Assembly (NCBI GenBank): GCA_951406725.2
Contig: OX597831.1
Coordinates: 33,418,001-33,482,000, forward strand
Direction: 5' to 3'
Source: Octopus vulgaris
Taxonomy: Eukaryota
Length of the DNA stretch: 64,000 bases
Under the pieces are notes generated by a model. It was not told the DNA's origin and did not search any database. It saw nothing but the letters and a program-made list of their open reading frames with translations. The translations under genes and the position numbers were made by a program. Below, piece by piece: positions 35,471 through 47,241 of the stretch. Positions within the stretch are counted from its first letter, which is position 1. Each line of letters opens with the position of its first letter.

Positions 35471-37078
35471 CAGTCTTCTGTAGAAACGTCTAGTTAAGGG
35501 GAATGGTTACCTTACTTGGAAACCATTCAGTGGCAACAGGAAGGGCATATGGCTGTAGAAAATGTGCCTCAATGATTTCCATCTGCCTCATGTCAGTATG
35601 GAAAAGAAAACATTAAAATCATGATAATGATGATGTATAAGATAAATGGTTCACGTATGTACAATAAACATACTACACCTTGGTCTGCAAAGGGTTCCTG
35701 TCTGGTTGTTTGACCTACTGGAAATAGCAGCCAAATCTACCTTAATTAACACTACCACTTTTTCTTTTTAAAAAGGTCATGCTGGATAGTGTAGTGCAAG
35801 GTAGACTACTATACCTGGTTGAAAAATATTAAGTTGGGATAGTCATGGCTGATGGTTGGAGTGTCTCTTGCTCATGGGTCTGCTTGATCAGAGCCAACTC
35901 GAGGCCAAATGACAGCACTTCACTCTGTTAGGTACATTTGCACCTGATGTTCCTCTCTCTTTTCTCCTCTAGTCGCCCCCCTCCCGCTTTCAATGACATT
36001 TATCAGATGTCGTTGACCTACAGATATTTGGATAGGTTATCAGCTACAGCAGTCTGGAGGTGGATGTGACCTCCAAAAGTCAAAGACAATGCACTCCTCC
36101 TCCTTTCATTACACACACCCACACATGAGGCAAGCTGGCAGTATCGTTAGCATGTTGGACAAAATGCATAACAATATTTCCTCTAGCTCTTTACATTCTG
36201 AGTTCAAATCTCACTGAAGTCAAAGATAAAATAATGTACCAGACAAGTATTGGGGTCAATGGCCTTGAATCCTGTGACTGACCAGTGCCCTGTTGTGATC
36301 TTGGTCACTTACATTTCATAGAAACCAGGTAACTGGCCTTAAGAGTCTCAAGAAGCATCTGTCCTCCACTGAGGAAGTGTTAAGGTCACTCCTTCAGGTG
36401 GAGAGAATTGACCTGCAAGAGTTGTGTGCCAGTGCCACATAAAAAGCACTTGTGCTGGTGCCATGTAAAAGTGCACATATGGAGCCACGTTAAAAGCACC
36501 CAGTGCTCACATTAATGGGATTAGCGTTAGGAAGGGTGTCCAGCCATAGAGACCAAGCCAAACAGGACTGGAATCTGGTGCAGCTCTCCAGCATCACAGC
36601 TCTGGTCAAACCATCCAGCCCATGCTGGACAACAGACATTAAAGGATGATTACGCGCGTGCACACACACATGCATACATTCTTTTCCTTGTTTCAGTCAT
36701 TTGACTGTGGCCATGCTGGGGCACCGCCTTTAGTCGAGCAAATCGACATCAGGACATATTCTTTGTAAGCCTAGTACTTATTCTATCAGGTCTCTTTTGC
36801 CGAACTGCCAAGTTACGGACACCTTAACACACCAGCATTGGTTGTCAAGCGATGTGGGGTGGGGGGTGGACACACACACACGACAGGCTCCTTTCAGTTT
36901 CCGTCTACGAAATCTGCATGGCATCTTGGGCAAGTGACTTCTACTATAGCTTCAGGCCAACCAAAGCCTTGTGAGGGGATTTGGTAGACGAAAACTGGAA
37001 GAAGCTCGTCATATATGTGTGTACCGTTGGCGATTTTTTTCCTCCATCTTCCCTTCCTTGAATCTTTCCTTTTCCTAT

Positions 37079-37113
37079 GTTTCTGACGAAGAGCTCCGCT
37101 CGAAACGTAAAAT
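37079..37113 (+). ncRNA. Minimal hammerhead ribozyme motif within a Penelope-like terminal-repeat fragment (about 37021-37205)
   Basis: TTT-CTGACGA-A-GAGC-TCC-GCTC-GAAAC-GTA-AAA: intact core boxes, 4-bp stem II, palindromic ACGT stem III. Confidence 0.75.
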
Positions 37114-39401
37114 CCTCCTTCTTTATTTCCTTTCCTGAGCGTCCAATAACACTATACTTGTTCCACATCCTTGCGTTGTTGTGTTTTCATGTTTGGATTA
37201 ACTATGTATATGTATGTATGTCTGTGTTTGTACCCCCAACATTGCTTGACAACCGATGCTGGTGTGTTTACGTACCCGTAACTTAGCGTTTCGGCAAAAG
37301 AGCCTGATAGAACAAGTACTAGGCTTACAAAGAATAAGCTCTGGGGGGTCGATTTGCTCAACTAAAGATGGTGCTCCAGCATGGCCACAGTCAAATGACT
37401 GAAACATGTAAGAGAATAAGAGAAAAATCATCATCATTGTCCAATGTCCTCCTTCCATGCTGGCATGGGTTGGATGGTTTGACAGGAGCTGGCCATGCTT
37501 CTGCGTCTATGTATGTTGATGGGTGAATGCATCCTTCCATCCATCCATGTGTTTGTTATGACAAGTACAGGCATGCCAGTATGGATAGGAAGTTTGATTT
37601 CTAACCACGCTGTCCTGAGTTCTATCTCACCATGTGGCACCTTGGTTACGTGTGGCTCCCACCCATTATATATTGCAAGGTAGCCATGTATCTTCTCTGT
37701 AGCAAGACACTTGATTGTCCTTCTATCATGCTTTATCCTTTCAGCACCTGGCATAAAGTCACCTCCCCCTCTACTGTAACCCCACTCAGACGAGGTTCTT
37801 TTCTTCGTCTTGGGACTTACATACTGACCCCATTAGTACCTGTGTTAGGAAAAAAGGCACCCAGTACATTCTCTAAAGTAGTTGGTATTAGGAAGGGCAT
37901 TTAGTCATAGAAACCACACCAAAAGCTGATGCAATGCAGACTTCTGGCCTGTTGGACCTTGTCAGACCACCCAACCTATGGAGCACAGAAGATGGGCATT
38001 AACCATTTCGCATTCAAACTGGCCATGCCTGGCCTAAATATTCAACAATATTTTTGGAGCCAACAGGAGATTCTCTGCATGGTCACTGGACGTGCTAAAA
38101 ACAACAGCCACATTTCTGTTGTCTTAAATGAAGTGAAAGGACACATTGAATAAAGTAGTTGTCTTTTGAGACATTGTGCATATTATGATGAATACTGCAT
38201 GGTCACGTCTGCTTGATGTCAGGGTAGACTGACCTCATGGTCATGTGGACCCTGGTTGAGAGCCATTGCACTAAAGGATTATTACCTTGTTTGAAAAAAG
38301 GTATGGGTTGGTGTCAGGAAGAGCATCCGGGCATAGAAAAATCTGTCTCAACAAATTCTGTTTGATCCATGCAGGCATAAAGAAGTGGACTTTAAAAACA
38401 ATGAGGATGATATATAAAACCCTTAGGGTCTCTTATGAACCCAAGGACTCAGAAGGCCAGAGCTAAACCCAGCTTTCATGACATATTAGTAACTGAGATT
38501 ACAATACTTCTCTTCCCTGGATGGGGTGCCAGTCCTTTGCAGGATTAACTTCCCAGTTGTTGCTGGAACTCATTTACAGCCGAGTGGACTGGAGCAACAT
38601 GAAATGAAGTTCTGTAAATAATAATCATATTTTATAAGCTTAAAGCTTATAAGCAATCATCATGTATTGACTAAGGAAAATAGTCTAATATTGGGGCATA
38701 TAAGTGAGTTTTCTGTACACATGGGACTTGAACCCTTGTTCAAGAATACAACACACCATCTGATTCAGGAATTGAACAATCATGAATGCAGCACTGTAGC
38801 CTGTTGACCATGCACCGTAACAATATGTAAAAGCAACTTGTTTTGCAAATGAACACCATTTTCAAAGTAGTAGAGTGGTATATGAGGAAAATTTAGCTAC
38901 TATTTCTTGTAAGTTGAATGACCACGATGAGGCTCTGATTATCGGCTTGTTAAGACGTAGTTACTACGAAAGGTCATTGGTGAATAATGATTTAGTTTCT
39001 ACATAATATCGGAAATATTTGAGTTGTGCGTCATTTATGAGTAATGGGATATGAGTTACGGGTGGATGGGTGCCTGTGTGTTTTATTCATATGTGCTGTG
39101 CTTGTGACTGGGTCACAAATTAGGTTGTTATACCCCCCTCCCCTTCACTCACCACCACCACCACCACCATCATTTTTAATGTCCTTTTTTCTATGCTTGT
39201 ATGGGTAGGTCAGAGTTTAATAAAGCAGATCTTCTAAAACCAGATGCCCTCTCTATCACCAGACTACACCTTTGCCCATGTAAATTTGCTATTTAGCTAC
39301 TAAATCAGCTGTGACCCACCAGATCAAGGCCTTCTAGTTGTGACCATCCTGCTTGATTTTTAGGCATATCTAATGCGACTTTTCTTTTTTTAGACAGTAG
39401 G

Positions 39402-39433
<32 letters not shown>

Positions 39434-40057
39434 AAGGGAGAGTGTTCAGAAAGTTGTCAAGGAAAAGATGGAAGAATTTAGAGGGAAATAACCAAGACCC
39501 CAATTGTACCCTAACTGATAGAATGACATGACATTTAAGAGATAACCCCATACACCTGTCACCCAATGGGTAGGCATATACTTGCTCAGATTTCCTTTCT
39601 GTCTTTTGCACAATTGTGTGTGTGTCTGTGTGTGTGTATTTATATAGTTACCTGGTGACTCCATCAGTTTTGGTGCCATATAAAATGCACCCAGTACACT
39701 CTGCAAAGTGGTTGGCATTAGGAAGGGTAGGAGTCTGGTTTGGCATGGAAAACGGATGTTAAATGATGATGATGATGATGATGGTGATATGTATGTATAT
39801 ATTTCAGTTTGGTTTCCATGTGTATCTTCTCCGGTGGTTATGGATGCTGGATACTGATTAGAAGAATACAATAATGGAAACATGTGTCTGAAATGGGGTT
39901 CCTTGCTTGATAGGGTTCTTGGAGTAATGTTACTCAACAGGGTGCATAGCTTGGAGATCAGGAAATTTCTCCAGGTCGAACCACTTCTCTCTGCATTGAA
40001 AGGTCACAACTTGGTACTAAGGACATGTGATTAGAATGTTACAGGAAAGAATTGCAA

Positions 40058-40199
40058 GACAGATTCTTTGAGACGGGTTCTTCGAGACAGATTCTTCGAG
40101 ACGGGTTCTTCAAGACAAATTCTTTGAGATGGGTTCTTCGAGATGGGTTCTTTGAGACAGGCTTCTCGAGATGGGTTCCTCGTGACGGGTTCCTCGGGA
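40058..40199. repeat. Minisatellite, 14-bp unit GAGACGGGTTCTTC, about 10 copies
   Basis: Directly visible degenerate tandem units. Confidence 0.85.
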
Positions 40200-41373
40200 C
40201 AAGCCAATCCAAACGGCAGCGGTCCTAGGTATAGAACAAAAACGAGATGGTTGGATAAAATACATTGTCTCAGTTGATCGTACTTGGGAATCCAGCCAGA
40301 AAGTGTAATGATGGTTGCTTCTGATGGGACCCTATGGAGAAGGGTACCCGAGGACTCTCCCTCCATGACACTCTCAAAAACAAATAGGCAAAGTGGTTGG
40401 ATGGATGGATGGATAGGTTGTTTAGTCTATATGTGTTTACCAAGTTGTGTACAAAGCTGTTTGGGCTTTCACAACAACATCCATTGTCATCGTTTATTAT
40501 TTGTCAAAGAAATGAATATCGAATAGAACACCTTCATTCATGTTTTTTGTTGTGTTTTAGCTTCTTTTCTTCTTTTTAACCCACTTGAGTAGCTTTTTGT
40601 CCGTATGTGTACGAGATTGCACACTTCGATTTTTACGTATTGTATTTGTACTACTTTTTATGCAGTGGTACTTGACAAACAAGTACAACTAAATCTGACG
40701 CTGTGAACTGAAACTGAAGTCATTCTTTAATGGCGATGTCATTCCTGAAATTTCTTGCGTGGGTTTTTAAAGTCTCTTTAAAGTCTCTCAGGCTCTCTCA
40801 TGGTGTAATTGTTGTTTATTTTACATTTTATTTATTTCATATTTTATTTTATAAATTTATATGCACAGTCATGGCTAAGTGGTTAAGAAGCTTGCTTTGC
40901 AATCATGTGGTTTCAGGTTCAGTCCCATTGCACAGTACCTTGTACAAGTGTCCTGTACTATAGCACTGGGCTGACTGATACTTTGTGAGTGAATTTGGTT
41001 GGTGAAAACTGTGTGGAAGCCTATATATATACATACATATGTATGTATATATATATATATGTATGTATATATATATGTATGTATATATATATGTATATAT
41101 ATATGTATGTATGTATATGTATGTATATATATATATGTATATATATATGTATGTATGTATATATGTATGTGTATATATGTGTATATATATATATATGTAT
41201 GTGTATATATGTGTATATATATATATATATATGTGTATATATGTGTATATATATATATATATATGTATGTGTATATATGTGTATATATATATATATATAT
41301 ATGTGTGTATATATGTGTATATATATATATATATGTATGTGTATATATGTGTATATATGTATGTGTATATATG

Positions 41374-41416
<43 letters not shown>

Positions 41417-43970
41417 GTATATATATATATATATATATTAATATTAGACAAAAAGAGATAACAAAGCCAAGGCTGTGAGGAATTTTCAGGATATTTATAA
41501 GGAAAGAGATACAGATATAGTCTTACAGATGTTTCTGGGATATTATGGATATCCCTCTTTCAGAGACTATGTGAGATTGTTAAATAGAGATAAATGTTTG
41601 AGCTTGAAATAAGCAATCATTGTAGAAAAGGAAGAGATAGGGAATATAGAGGGAAATAAGAGAATGAAAGTAGAAATTTTACATAAGTAATGGAACTGCG
41701 ACTACAATCTTTTATATTTTATTTCCACTTTCATTCTCTTATTTCCCTCTGTATTCCCTCAACAAATCTGCTTCAATAAATTCCGGACTGACCCATGCAG
41801 GCATGGAGAAGTGGATATTAAATGATGATAATGATGATGATGCTATTGTTGTTGTTTGTTCCTTCTTGAGCCATGAATGGCTTATAAGGGCCAGTTTCCT
41901 GGTTTCCTTGGCATATAGGTTCCCCACCTGGACGGGACGCCAGTGAGCTGCAAGATGCAGGAGGAAAGAGTGAGAGAAAGTTGTGGCGAAAGAGTCGGCA
42001 GAAGTTCACCATTACCTTCTGCTGGAGCCGTGTGAAGCTTAGGTGTTTCGCTCATAAACACACACATCGCCTGGTCTGAGATTCGAATCCACGATCCCTT
42101 GACCGCGAGTCCGCTGCTCTAACCACTTGGTCATGTGCCTCCATGGATGCTATGGTAGGCTTTGGAAATAGATTTGGCTGCTATTTCTAGCATATCATGC
42201 TACAACGTAGCAAACTCCCTTAGCTTGTTGCTGATAGGTTAGCTGTTGGTGAATAACAACTTCAGCCAGATGATAAGTGTTAAAGAGATATTTTCTTTAG
42301 ATTCTGAAGAAAGTTTGTTCCAACTACCAAAAATGTCAGCATTAGAATCTTGATTCCTCAGACATTGCAGCATTCTTCTACTGTTAACATCATGTTCTTT
42401 GCTAACTCTCTCCTCCTCAACCACTCTTACAGTGAGATAACAGGTCTAGTAAAAGACAATGCTAAATGGTTAATGGTATTTAGATTCTTGTCTCACTTAA
42501 CCGAATTTTCATCTCGTGGAATCCTGACATCCTCACTCAACGACGAAATAAGAAATCAGTCTTGTTCTTAAATTTGTTCGTTAATGTTAGAAAGCATTAT
42601 TATTACCATTTGATCTGAGGCTGTGAGCTGACCGAATTGTTAACATGCTGGGCAAAATGCAGAGCAGCATTTTGTCCATCTCTACATTCTTAGTTCAAAT
42701 TCTGCCAAGGTCAACTTTGCCTTTCATCCTTTTTTTGAGGGGTGGGGGTGGGGTAGATAAAATAAGTACCTATTTCTTTACTACCCACAAGGGGCTAAAC
42801 AGAGAGAGGACAAACAAGGACAGACAAAGGGATTAAGTCGGTTACATCGACCCCAGTGTGTAACTGGTACTTATTTAATCGACCCCGAAAGGATGAAAGG
42901 CAAAGTCGACCTTGGTGGAATTTGAACTCAGGAAGTAGCGGCAGACAAAATACCGCTAAGCATTTCGTCCTACGTGCTAACGTTTCTGCCAACTCGCTGC
43001 CTGTAGATAAAATAAGTACCAGTTACACACTGGGGTCGATGTAATCGGCTTAACCCCTTCCCCAGGACTTGCAGGACTTGTGCCAAAATTTGAAATCAGT
43101 TTCACAATTTGACCTTGTAATGTCCTCTTGTTGATTGCCCTTGTGGCAACTACATGAAGTTGTTATTACTAGGCCAGTGGATTGGCAGAACCATTGGTGC
43201 TGTTAAAAGTGCTTTGTGTGGTATTTGTTTCGGTTCTGTATGTTTTGAGTTGAAAAATGCTGAGGATAAATTTGACTTTCATCCTTTCAAAGGTCGATAA
43301 AATAAAGTACCAGTCGAATACTGGGGTTGATGGAATTGATTAACCACTTCTCAAATTTGAAACCATTATGGCAGAATCATTAGCATGCCAGGCAAAATGC
43401 TTAGCAGTATTTCGTCTGTCTTTATGTTCTGACTTCAAATTCCGTTGGGGTTGACATTGCCTTCCCTCCTTTCTGGGTCAGCAAAATTAGTACCAGCTGA
43501 GTACTGTGGTCGATGTAATTGACTAAACCCCTGCCTCAATTTTCAGGCCTTGTGCCTATAATAGAAAGGATTATTATTATTATTATTATAAAAATGTTGT
43601 TAGCTGGCAGAATCGTTGGTGAGCTGGACAAAGTGCCTAGCAGGATTTTGCCCTGGCTCTTTATGTTCTGGGTTCAAATCAGTTGCGTACTGGGGTTGAT
43701 CTAATTGACTGACCCTGGGCGAAATGCTTAGTGGTATTTCGTCTGTCGTTATGTTCTGAGTTCAAATTCTGCCGAGGTCAAGTTTGCCTGTCATCCTTTT
43801 GGGATCAATAAATTAAGTTTCAATTGCATACTGAGGTCGATCTAATCGACTGCCCCCTCCCCAAAAATTTCGGGCCTTGTGCCTAGAGCAGAAAAGAATA
43901 AAATAAAGTACCAGTTATGTGCTGGGGTTGATGTAATCAACTAATCTTCTGTGTGGAAGCCTATTGCATA

Positions 43971-45111
43971 TCATCATCATCATCATCATCGTTTAACGTC
44001 CGCTTTCCATGCTAGCATGGGTTGGACGGTTCAACTGGGGTCTGGGAAGCCCGAAGGCTGCACCAGGCCAGTCAGATGTGGCAGTGTTTCTACAGCTGGA
44101 TGCCCTTCCTAACGCCAACCACTCCGAGAGTGTAGTGGGTGATTTTATGTGCCACCGACACAGGTGCCAGACGAGGCTGGCAGACGGCCACACTCGGATG
44201 GTGTTTTTATGTGCCACCGACACAGGTGCCAGACGAGGCTGGCAGACGGCCACGCTCGGATGGTGTTTTCTTATGTGTCACCGACACAGGTGCCAGACGA
44301 GGCTGGCGGACGGCCACGCTCGGATGGTGTTTGTTACGTGCCCTCAGCACGGAGGCCAGTCATTGCGGTACTGGCTACGGTCACGTTCGGATGGTTTTCT
44401 TATGTGCCACCGGCACTGGTACCACAAGGATACAAATTCCATTGATGTTCATCTATTTTGATTTGGTTCGATTTGATTCGATACGATTCGATTCTCACTT
44501 GCCTCAACAGGTCTTCACAAGTGTCACAAGAAGGAAGGTATGCACAGGTGGACTGACTACGTCCCAGGTAGGGGCCACGGATTATGGCTTCACTAGTCTT
44601 GCCGGGTCTTCTCACGCACAGCATACTTCCATAGGTCTCGGTCTCTAGTCATTTCCATGGTGAGACCTAACGTCCGAAGGTCGTGCTTCACCACCTCGTC
44701 CCAGGTTTTCCTGGGTCTACCTCTTCCACGGGTTCCCTCAACTGCTAGGGATTGGCACTTTCTCACACACCTATCTTCATCCATTCTCGCCACATGACCA
44801 TACCAGCGCAATCGTCTCTCTTGCACACAACAACTGATGCTTCTTAGGTACAACATTTCTCTCAAGGTACTAACGCTCTGTCGAGTAAGTACACTGACAT
44901 TACACATCCATCGGAGCATACTGGCTTCGTTCCTCACGAGCTTACGCATGTCCTCAGCAGTCACGGCCCATGTTTCACTGCCATGTAGCATAGCTGTTCG
45001 TACACATGCATCATACAGTCTGCCTTTTACTCTGAGCGAGAGGCCTTTAGTCACCAGCAGAGGTAAGAGCTCCCTAAACTTTGCCCAGGCTATTCTTATT
45101 CTAGCAGTTAC

Positions 45112-45113
<2 letters not shown>
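43971..45113 (-). mobile_element. 5'-truncated RTE-clade LINE (ORF C-terminus, 3' UTR and (GAT)n tail)
   Basis: ORF 44593-45054 has KGRLYDACVRTAMLHGSETW..RRLRWYGHVARM..GRGRPRKTW..RDLW, typical of RTE elements; the reading frame is uninterrupted, suggesting a young copy. Confidence 0.92.
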
Positions 45114-45179
<66 letters not shown>

Positions 45180-45480
45180 TATATTTATGTGTTTGTGTTT
45201 GACCCTCCACCACTTCTTGACAACTAGTGTTGGTTTCTTTACATCCCCTTAACTTAGTGGTCAGCAAGAATGACCAATAGAATAAGTACTAGGATTGAAA
45301 AATAATTACTAGGGTCATTTTGTCCGAGCAAACCCTTCAAAGCAGTGCCCCAGCATGGCTGCAGTCCAATGAGTGTAATGAGTAAAAGACAAAAAGCTAA
45401 ACAGTAAGGTATGGTTTGCAAGAAATTTGACTGCCATTTCTAGCAGGTTAGCTATTCCTCCCTAGCTACTACTATCTTAA

Positions 45481-45702
45481 CCCTTTCGCTACTGTATTTC
45501 TGTTGAGATGTTCTGTGTTTCTTTCAGTTAATTTTAAATATAACAAAGAATTTAGTAAAATAACTTAGTTATCATTAAGCTAGTGTTAAGAAAATAAATT
45601 GTGACTAAGGTTTGGTGGAAGATTTGAATTCAAAACTTATGAAAACAAGACATTTGTAGTACAGAGCCAGAGCTGGTTTCAGCTGGATTGGTATCAAGAG
45701 GG
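45481..45702. mobile_element. piggyBac-like MITE
   Basis: TTAA|CCCTTT..AGAGGG|TTAA termini. Confidence 0.7.
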
Positions 45703-45857
45703 TTAAGATGTATTCACCTGATTCAATTTTTACTTGTCACTGATTTGTGACCCTTTCTCTGCAACAAATCTGTCTCCACTGAAATGCCTTCAGTGGAACC
45801 AGATTACATGGAATTGCTCTTTGTTGATTTTATTCTATTTTCTTTTTCTTTCCACAG

Positions 45858-45920
45858 AGACTCTGTACTCCTAATATGGTTACACAACAACTTCGTATGC
45901 AATCAGCAGCAGCTTCAAAG
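45858..45920 (+). CDS. ACO2: Mitochondrial aconitase exon (presequence, RLCTPNMVTQQLRMQSAAASK)
   Basis: Strong polypyrimidine tract plus CAG acceptor, AAG|GTCAGT donor, 63 nt, in frame with the next exon. Poorly conserved sequence, so less certain than later exons. Confidence 0.7.
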
Positions 45921-46383
45921 GTCAGTACATTAATATTCGCTTTCAATATATATCTAACAATCTACATGTCTAAAAAAAAATCTAACCCTAACCAACCCTA
46001 ACTAACCCTAAATCTAAAATAGATTGAAATGCAATAGATCGATTCTAGGGTCATAATTATGGGTGACAATTTCATATGACACCGCTAGAAAAAACGGCAG
46101 TTTTTTCTAGCGGTGTCATATGAAATTGTCACCCAAATGTAAATAAACCCAATCTGTTTCTTAAACGAGGGACATTTTCATACGGCACAGAATGCTTTTT
46201 AACTCAATAGACACCAGTGATTGGTTGAAATTGCAGAAATTGAAGAAATTAAAGACTAAATATTTTACAAACTATAGAATTTTCTCAATAAAACCAAGAA
46301 AAAAAGATGTTTTATAAACACATTTTTTTAGTTACCTAGAAATTATGTTAAAAACTGCCGTTCAAACCGAAAAGATCCCGTTA

Positions 46384-46440
<57 letters not shown>

Positions 46441-46450
46441 TTTGTGGCAG

Positions 46451-46530
46451 GTTGCTATGAGCAAATTTGAAACCAGCAATTATATTGACTATGACAAAAT
46501 GAAATTCAACGTCGATGTCGTTAAGGACAG
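46451..46530 (+). CDS. ACO2: ACO2 exon (VAMSKFETSNYIDYDKMKFNVDVVKDR)
   Basis: Homologous to the aconitase N-terminus VAMSHFE..; AG and GTAAGT boundaries; ends in phase 2. Confidence 0.92.
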
Positions 46531-47241
46531 GTAAGTAAGCTCGCTGTTGTTCTTTAGCTATGGGTCAGCTTCAGTTAAGTTAACCTATGATTAAAGACAC
46601 TCCAACCATGACCAGTCTGTCTTTTTTTATTTATCAGTGTGTTCTTGCTTCTTTTTCCAAGATGTCACAATGTAATTTGAGTGAGATTTGGTTGCTATTT
46701 CTAGTAGATAGAGTAATCAAGTAGATGTTTCCTTATTGGCTTTAAGTGGATCTGGTTTCTGGGTCTGGTGGTGGTAGTGGTAGTTGTTGTAGTGGTAGTA
46801 GAGTTTGTTGTGACTGTAGTAGTAGTAGTTGGGGAGTTGATTGTGGAGGCTGTAGTGTATTGTGGTGGAGTCAGTTGTGGTGGTGTTGGTCATTGTAGCT
46901 GTGAAGTCAATGGTTTTATTGAAGTGGTGGTGGAAGTGATTGTAGTAGCTGTGGTGGTTGAGTTGGTGCTGGTAGTATTGGTAGTGGTTGTAGCATTTGT
47001 AATGAAGTTGGTCTTGGTGGTAATTGTAGTATGGGCTGTGAATTTGTTGGTTGTTGTTGTGGTGGTAGTAGCATCAGTGATGAGGGTGTACACCTGTCTC
47101 TCTCATCCCATGTATATTTCATAGGAAGCAGACCTGCAGTAATAAGGAATTTGAAGCTTCTTCTCTTTATGCTTAACCCTTCCATTCAATTAATTAATTA
47201 ATTAATTAATTAATTAATTAATTACAACATACACACACATA

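Noticed and set aside
35972-36060. Candidate ACO2 first coding exon (MSLTYRYLDRLSATAVW) after a good acceptor
   Set aside because: Weak donor (GTGGAT) in phase 2, incompatible with the phase-0 CAG acceptor at 45857 unless a rare GAG acceptor is used. Not supportable without cDNA.
40903-41478. Long YI/VC-rich ORFs on both strands (also at 13.3, 18.7 and 20.1 kb)
   Set aside because: Translations of (TA)n, (TG)n and (TATC)n microsatellites; not genes.
44138-44416. CRISPR-like repeat-spacer appearance
   Set aside because: Eukaryotic LINE 3' UTR, spacers are homologous hairpins, and there are no cas genes. Reported instead as an RNA-structure array.
44490-44530. CTGTTGAGGCAAGTGA on the minus strand as a hammerhead
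   Set aside because: The core lacks A6, the GAAA box is absent in this copy, and other copies do not conserve the boxes.
46768-47185. Poly-Val and poly-Thr ORFs
   Set aside because: Degenerate (GTG/GTA/GTT)n repeat inside an ACO2 intron.
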